Positions 60,360-64,000 of a stretch of DNA of 64,000 bases are shown piece after piece (the stretch's first letter is position 1; every line of letters begins with the position of its first letter). Made by a program: the position numbers and the translations under genes. The notes under the pieces were generated by a model. That model was given only the letters and a program-made list of their open reading frames with translations. It was not told where the DNA came from and ran no database searches. Source of the DNA: a bacterium. Its GTDB lineage: Bacteria; UBA8248; JACPRG01; G963555815. Location of the stretch: positions 2,336,001 to 2,400,000 of the forward strand of contig OZ244653.1 in NCBI GenBank assembly GCA_965218795.1, read 5' to 3'.

Positions 60360-61430
60360 ATGGGACTTCTGCTGGATCTGATGGAGGGGGCGCGGAACTG
60401 CGTTCGCGGTTACGCCTGCGTGAAGCCGGGCGAAAAGGTTCTCCTCTGGACGGACCGGTCCGGCCAGGCGCATCCCGATGTGGTGAGGGCCTTTGGCGTG
60501 GCGGTCGAGGAAATCGGCGCGGAGGCCGTCTTCCTCTCGTCCAAATCCGGCGAATTCCGTCGGAAGCGGCCCCTGCAGAAGTCCGTGCTCTCCGCGATTC
60601 GGGAATCCGATGTCGTCTTGAGTTTCCAGAAGCTCGAGAACGCGGCGACGCTGCACAGCAACGAGGTCGCGGAGATCATCTTCTACACGCCGACCCGGAA
60701 CGCGGCAATCCTCACGCTGACCCCGGAGCTGCTGAACTCCGAGTGGGCGCGCTTTCCGGCCGACCTCCTCTTCGCGCTCAGCAGGAAAATCCGCGAGCAG
60801 GCGCAATCCTCCGGGTCGGATGTCTTCCGCATAACCGACGCGCACGGGTCCGACTTCACGGGGCGCATCTCCTACCGGTACGGTTTCAAGTATGTGGACC
60901 CGCCCAAGCAGTGGCAGTTCTTTCCCGGCGGGGACATGGCGGAGCTTCCGGACTCCCCGGTCAACGGCACGCTGGTCTTCGAACAGCTCGAGGGGTTCGC
61001 GGGTCTCCTGAGCGAGCCCATCCGCCTCACGGTCGAGGAACAGTGGATCACCCGTGTCGAAGGAGGGGAGGAGGCCCGCTGGTTCGGGGAGCAGATGAAG
61101 CGCTATGAGAACGGCAATTTCTTCTGCGAGGTCGCCGTGGGCGTCCACCCGAAGGCGCCCGTGTCCATCGGGCTGAAGACAAGGGCGATGGACACGATCA
61201 CGCATCGCCACTCCGGCACGTTTCATTGCGGCGTCGGCAAGTGGGCCAATCCCGATGTGAAGGTGAAAAGCGGGTGGCACTGGGACGGCGGAGGCCTCCG
61301 CCCCACTTTCACGGTGGGAGACGTGGAGCTCATCCGTGCGGGGAGGCTGACCGCGCTGGATGACCCGGAGATTCGGGAGCTCGCCTCCCGCTACGGCCAT
61401 CCGGACGACGTCCTGGCCGAGGTCTGGTAG
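60360..61430 (+). CDS. M29 aminopeptidase-like / NicX (2,5-dihydroxypyridine dioxygenase)-like metalloprotein
   Basis: VKPGEKVL, FPGG, VNGTLVF, IRLTVE...ITRVEGG.EA, EVAVGVHP, FH..G, HWD. Confidence 0.6.
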   Translation: MGLLLDLMEGARNCVRGYACVKPGEKVLLWTDRSGQAHPDVVRAFGVAVEEIGAEAVFLSSKSGEFRRKRPLQKSVLSAIRESDVVLSFQKLENAATLHSNEVAEIIFYTPTRNAAILTLTPELLNSEWARFPADLLFALSRKIREQAQSSGSDVFRITDAHGSDFTGRISYRYGFKYVDPPKQWQFFPGGDMAELPDSPVNGTLVFEQLEGFAGLLSEPIRLTVEEQWITRVEGGEEARWFGEQMKRYENGNFFCEVAVGVHPKAPVSIGLKTRAMDTITHRHSGTFHCGVGKWANPDVKVKSGWHWDGGGLRPTFTVGDVELIRAGRLTALDDPEIRELASRYGHPDDVLAEVW

Positions 61431-61463
61431 GGGGAGCCAACGCGGCGCTCCGATTTCGCGCTG

Positions 61464-61546
61464 TTTCGCAGCGCCCCCGGCGGCAACGTGCCGCGGCGAT
61501 TTCGCCGCGCTGGGCGCGGCAAGTGCCCTGGAATGCAGGGGCTGGC
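61464..61546 (+). repeat. About 80-100-bp dispersed intergenic repeat; other copies at 62423-62532 and 43848-43951
   Basis: Shared GGCAACGYGCC.CRGCGATYTCGCCGCG...AATGCAGGGGCYGG. Confidence 0.7.
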
Positions 61547-61583
61547 CACCGTCCCGTCTTTCCGAATGATCCGGGGGTGCATC

Positions 61584-62399
61584 ATGATCCGCAGAGATTG
61601 GAAAGACGACTGGGTTCTGTTTGGCCAGCCGGAGCACGCCCGGATTTTCGGCGTTCTGGCCGAGGCCTGGGGCGCCGGCGATTTTGGCCGGCCCGAGCCG
61701 TGGGACGAAGTTCTCCGGGCTACGTTCGAGCATGATGTCGGCTGGTGGGATTGGGAAGAGGCGCCCACCCGCAACACGGACCGTCAGCCGGCGCATTTCA
61801 CCGAAACCCCCGTGGATGTGAATTTCGACATCTTCCGCAAGGGGGTCAATATCGTCTACAGCCGGGGGTATCCGTATTCAGCCGCCCTGGTCAGCCGTCA
61901 CGCGGGCAACGTCTATATCGGGATCCTGCGGGGGGCGGGCGCCCGGACAAAGTCGCCCGACGAGCAAGACAAGATCAGGGCCTACGTTGCGGAGCAGGAA
62001 GAACGGCAGGCCGGCTTGTGCCGGGAGATCAACGAGAGGGCGGGGGAGGGCACCGAGGAGGGCGTCACCATGGACAACGTGCATCGAAACGGCAGGTTCG
62101 TGACCACGATGGATACCCTCTCGCTGGTGCTTTGTAACGGCTGGACGCATCGGACCCGTTTGGAGGAGGTGCCGGTCGGGCCGTCGGGGGGTGAGGGATT
62201 TGCAGAGCTCGCCCTGGAGCTTGCGGACCCGTACTCTCTGCGGGTGTCTCCCTGGCCGTTCTCCCGGGATTCCGTGGAGGCGACGGCGCGGGGACGCCGA
62301 ATCCCTCGGGAATCGTTCGATTCGGACGAGGACCTCCACGCCGCGCTCCGGGAGGCCTCGCCGTTCGAGATGACCTTCCGCCTGACCCCCTCTGAGTAA
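61584..62399 (+). CDS. DUF3891-family protein
   Basis: MIRR..Q.EHA...LAEAWG, HDVGW, YSAALVSRH, D.LSL.LC, VSPWPF. Confidence 0.8.
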   Translation: MIRRDWKDDWVLFGQPEHARIFGVLAEAWGAGDFGRPEPWDEVLRATFEHDVGWWDWEEAPTRNTDRQPAHFTETPVDVNFDIFRKGVNIVYSRGYPYSAALVSRHAGNVYIGILRGAGARTKSPDEQDKIRAYVAEQEERQAGLCREINERAGEGTEEGVTMDNVHRNGRFVTTMDTLSLVLCNGWTHRTRLEEVPVGPSGGEGFAELALELADPYSLRVSPWPFSRDSVEATARGRRIPRESFDSDEDLHAALREASPFEMTFRLTPSE

Positions 62400-63464
62400 T
62401 CTGCTGAATCCGTGGATGATTCTTTCGCAGGGCCTGGCGGCAACGCGCCTCAGCGATCTCGCCGCGCCAGGCGCGGCAGGTACCTTAAAAATGCAGGGGC
62501 TGGTCGGAGCCTGTCCCGAGCGAAGCGGGGGATCTTCGGCCCGGAGGCGACATGCCGCCCCGAAACTCGCGACCCTTTGGCCGGTGTCGCGTCGCACATT
62601 GCGGTAGTTTCCCGACCATCCCCCGCAGACAGAGTTGACGAAAACCCAGCGAGTGAATTCGTCACCGTCTTTCGGGGGATCCCTCCTTCCTTTCAGAATA
62701 GCGGATGGGGTGGGATGTTACCTTCCACCAAAGGGGACATATCAATCTGGTTTCGCTGGAATTTCGTATATTTCGGCATATATTCGTTTGAAGGACCAAT
62801 AACGGAGGATTTGGTTTGGAATGGAGTCTAACACGGCACATCGAAATTACCGATAGATCGACCTCGTTGAATCCTTTCGGTTCGTTGGGGCCGATTCCCA
62901 AAACGAAAGGTTTTCCGGGCGGAACGGACAGTCATCGACTGAAGACCGTCGCTGCATTGGAACGACTTGGGTTGGCCGCAGGGGCGGACCCCCCCGTTTT
63001 CGTCATGGGGTGAACAAGGCGCCGAGAGAAGAGGGTTGCATCGAATCGAGACCCTCTTGGAAAACAAAGAGCCCTTTTCTGAATGGTTCGGCTCCCTTGA
63101 GGGCTCTATGAGATTTCCAGCCAAACCAAATTCATCGGAAAAGTCGATTGAATCTGTCCAAGGAACCCCCCGAGAAACATTAAAGAAGGACTAAACAGAG
63201 CCAAATAGTTCTTCGGAATAAAGGAAATTTCGTTTGGCTTCAGGTTATGAAAGCTAAATGTTTGAGTTTCGATTATCGATAAAACCAATTAAAAAGCGAA
63301 TCCACAGACCCTGACACTGATTATAAGGAGAGAACAGGAATCCATAGATTTCACAGATGACGAAGATTTGAAAACGGCCCGAAGGGCGGGGACTGGGACC
63401 CGCCTCCAAGGAAGAATTCTTCGCCGGGAGATGCGACGCAAAACGTCGCGAATGCGGTCCAGGT

Positions 63465-64000
63465 CTATGACCTGGCGGAGGCGTAGACCTTGTGCATCTC
63501 CGTTCCGTACGATTTCAGGATCTGCTGGAACTTCCGCTCGCCGATATCCTGAACCCGGCGCTGGATCTCATTCGGTGGTCGCGAACTTCTCGAGGATGAG
63601 CCGGCCGTTGCGGATGTGTGAGCCCTCGTGGACCAGCACCTGATCGCGGATCAGGGCGGCGGTTTTGTCGTCCACGACCTCCATCATCCATTGGTACGTC
63701 GTGATGAGAATAATCTCGCCGTAGATCTGAAGCGCGGCGGCCAACTCCCACGGCTCCTCATAATCGTTGGTGACCGTCCGCATGGCCAGGTCTTCGGGGA
63801 AGGGCTCGTAATCGGCCAGGTTGCCGTTGTCGCCGAGCTCGTTCACGCGCTGGGCGAAGATCCGGTAGTGGAGAAACTCCTCGCAGAGCTGGCGGGTGAT
63901 GAGGACTTTCAGCTCGACCTCGGTATCGGGAAGCTCCATCAGCTGCTTGGAGGGCGGGATGACGCCCAGCCAGTACTCGCGGAACATTTGGGTCTTGAGT
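63465..64000 (-). CDS. Ferritin-like di-iron protein; 5' end outside the window, frameshift near 63570
   Basis: EEFLH and HEGSH ExxH motifs; after ..FATT the next frame continues NEIQRRVQDIGERKF..ARS-stop at 63465. Confidence 0.65.

Overview
GC-rich bacterial window. The gene content (LpoA-like lipoprotein, many NMT1-type binding proteins, an NHLP-type leader) fits a Gram-negative Nitrospinota/Tectomicrobia/deltaproteobacteria-like lineage, but this is only an inference. Bases 1-17 kb are housekeeping genes: efp, an Xaa-Pro peptidase, aroQ, aroB, an orphan pilM, dusB, tsaD, ctpA, a collapsed ftsE-envC remnant, recA with a 1-nt frameshift, and recX. Bases 17-64 kb are accessory catabolic and transport genes: an Mct-like CoA transferase, UbiD, an M20 deacylase, a Rieske oxygenase, a BMP-type ABC transporter, four stand-alone NMT1/SsuA-type binding proteins, a three-subunit molybdoenzyme, a cyclic amidohydrolase and a NicX/M29-like protein. 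Between them lie two tRNA-Leu genes, IS/RAYT debris and decayed defence genes (EVE-nuclease, MmeI-like, PD-(D/E)XK). The best leads are: (1) a lower-GC, repeat-flanked islet at tRNA-Leu(CAG) encoding a zinc-finger protein and a dCTP deaminase; (2) an EVE-nuclease broken only by an 11-bp tandem duplication; (3) an MFS-mct-tautomerase operon; (4) the PadBCD-like Mo-enzyme region; (5) a truncated NHLP RiPP precursor. Several single-base frameshifts may be assembly errors. All family assignments come from motifs recognised by eye; no searches were run.
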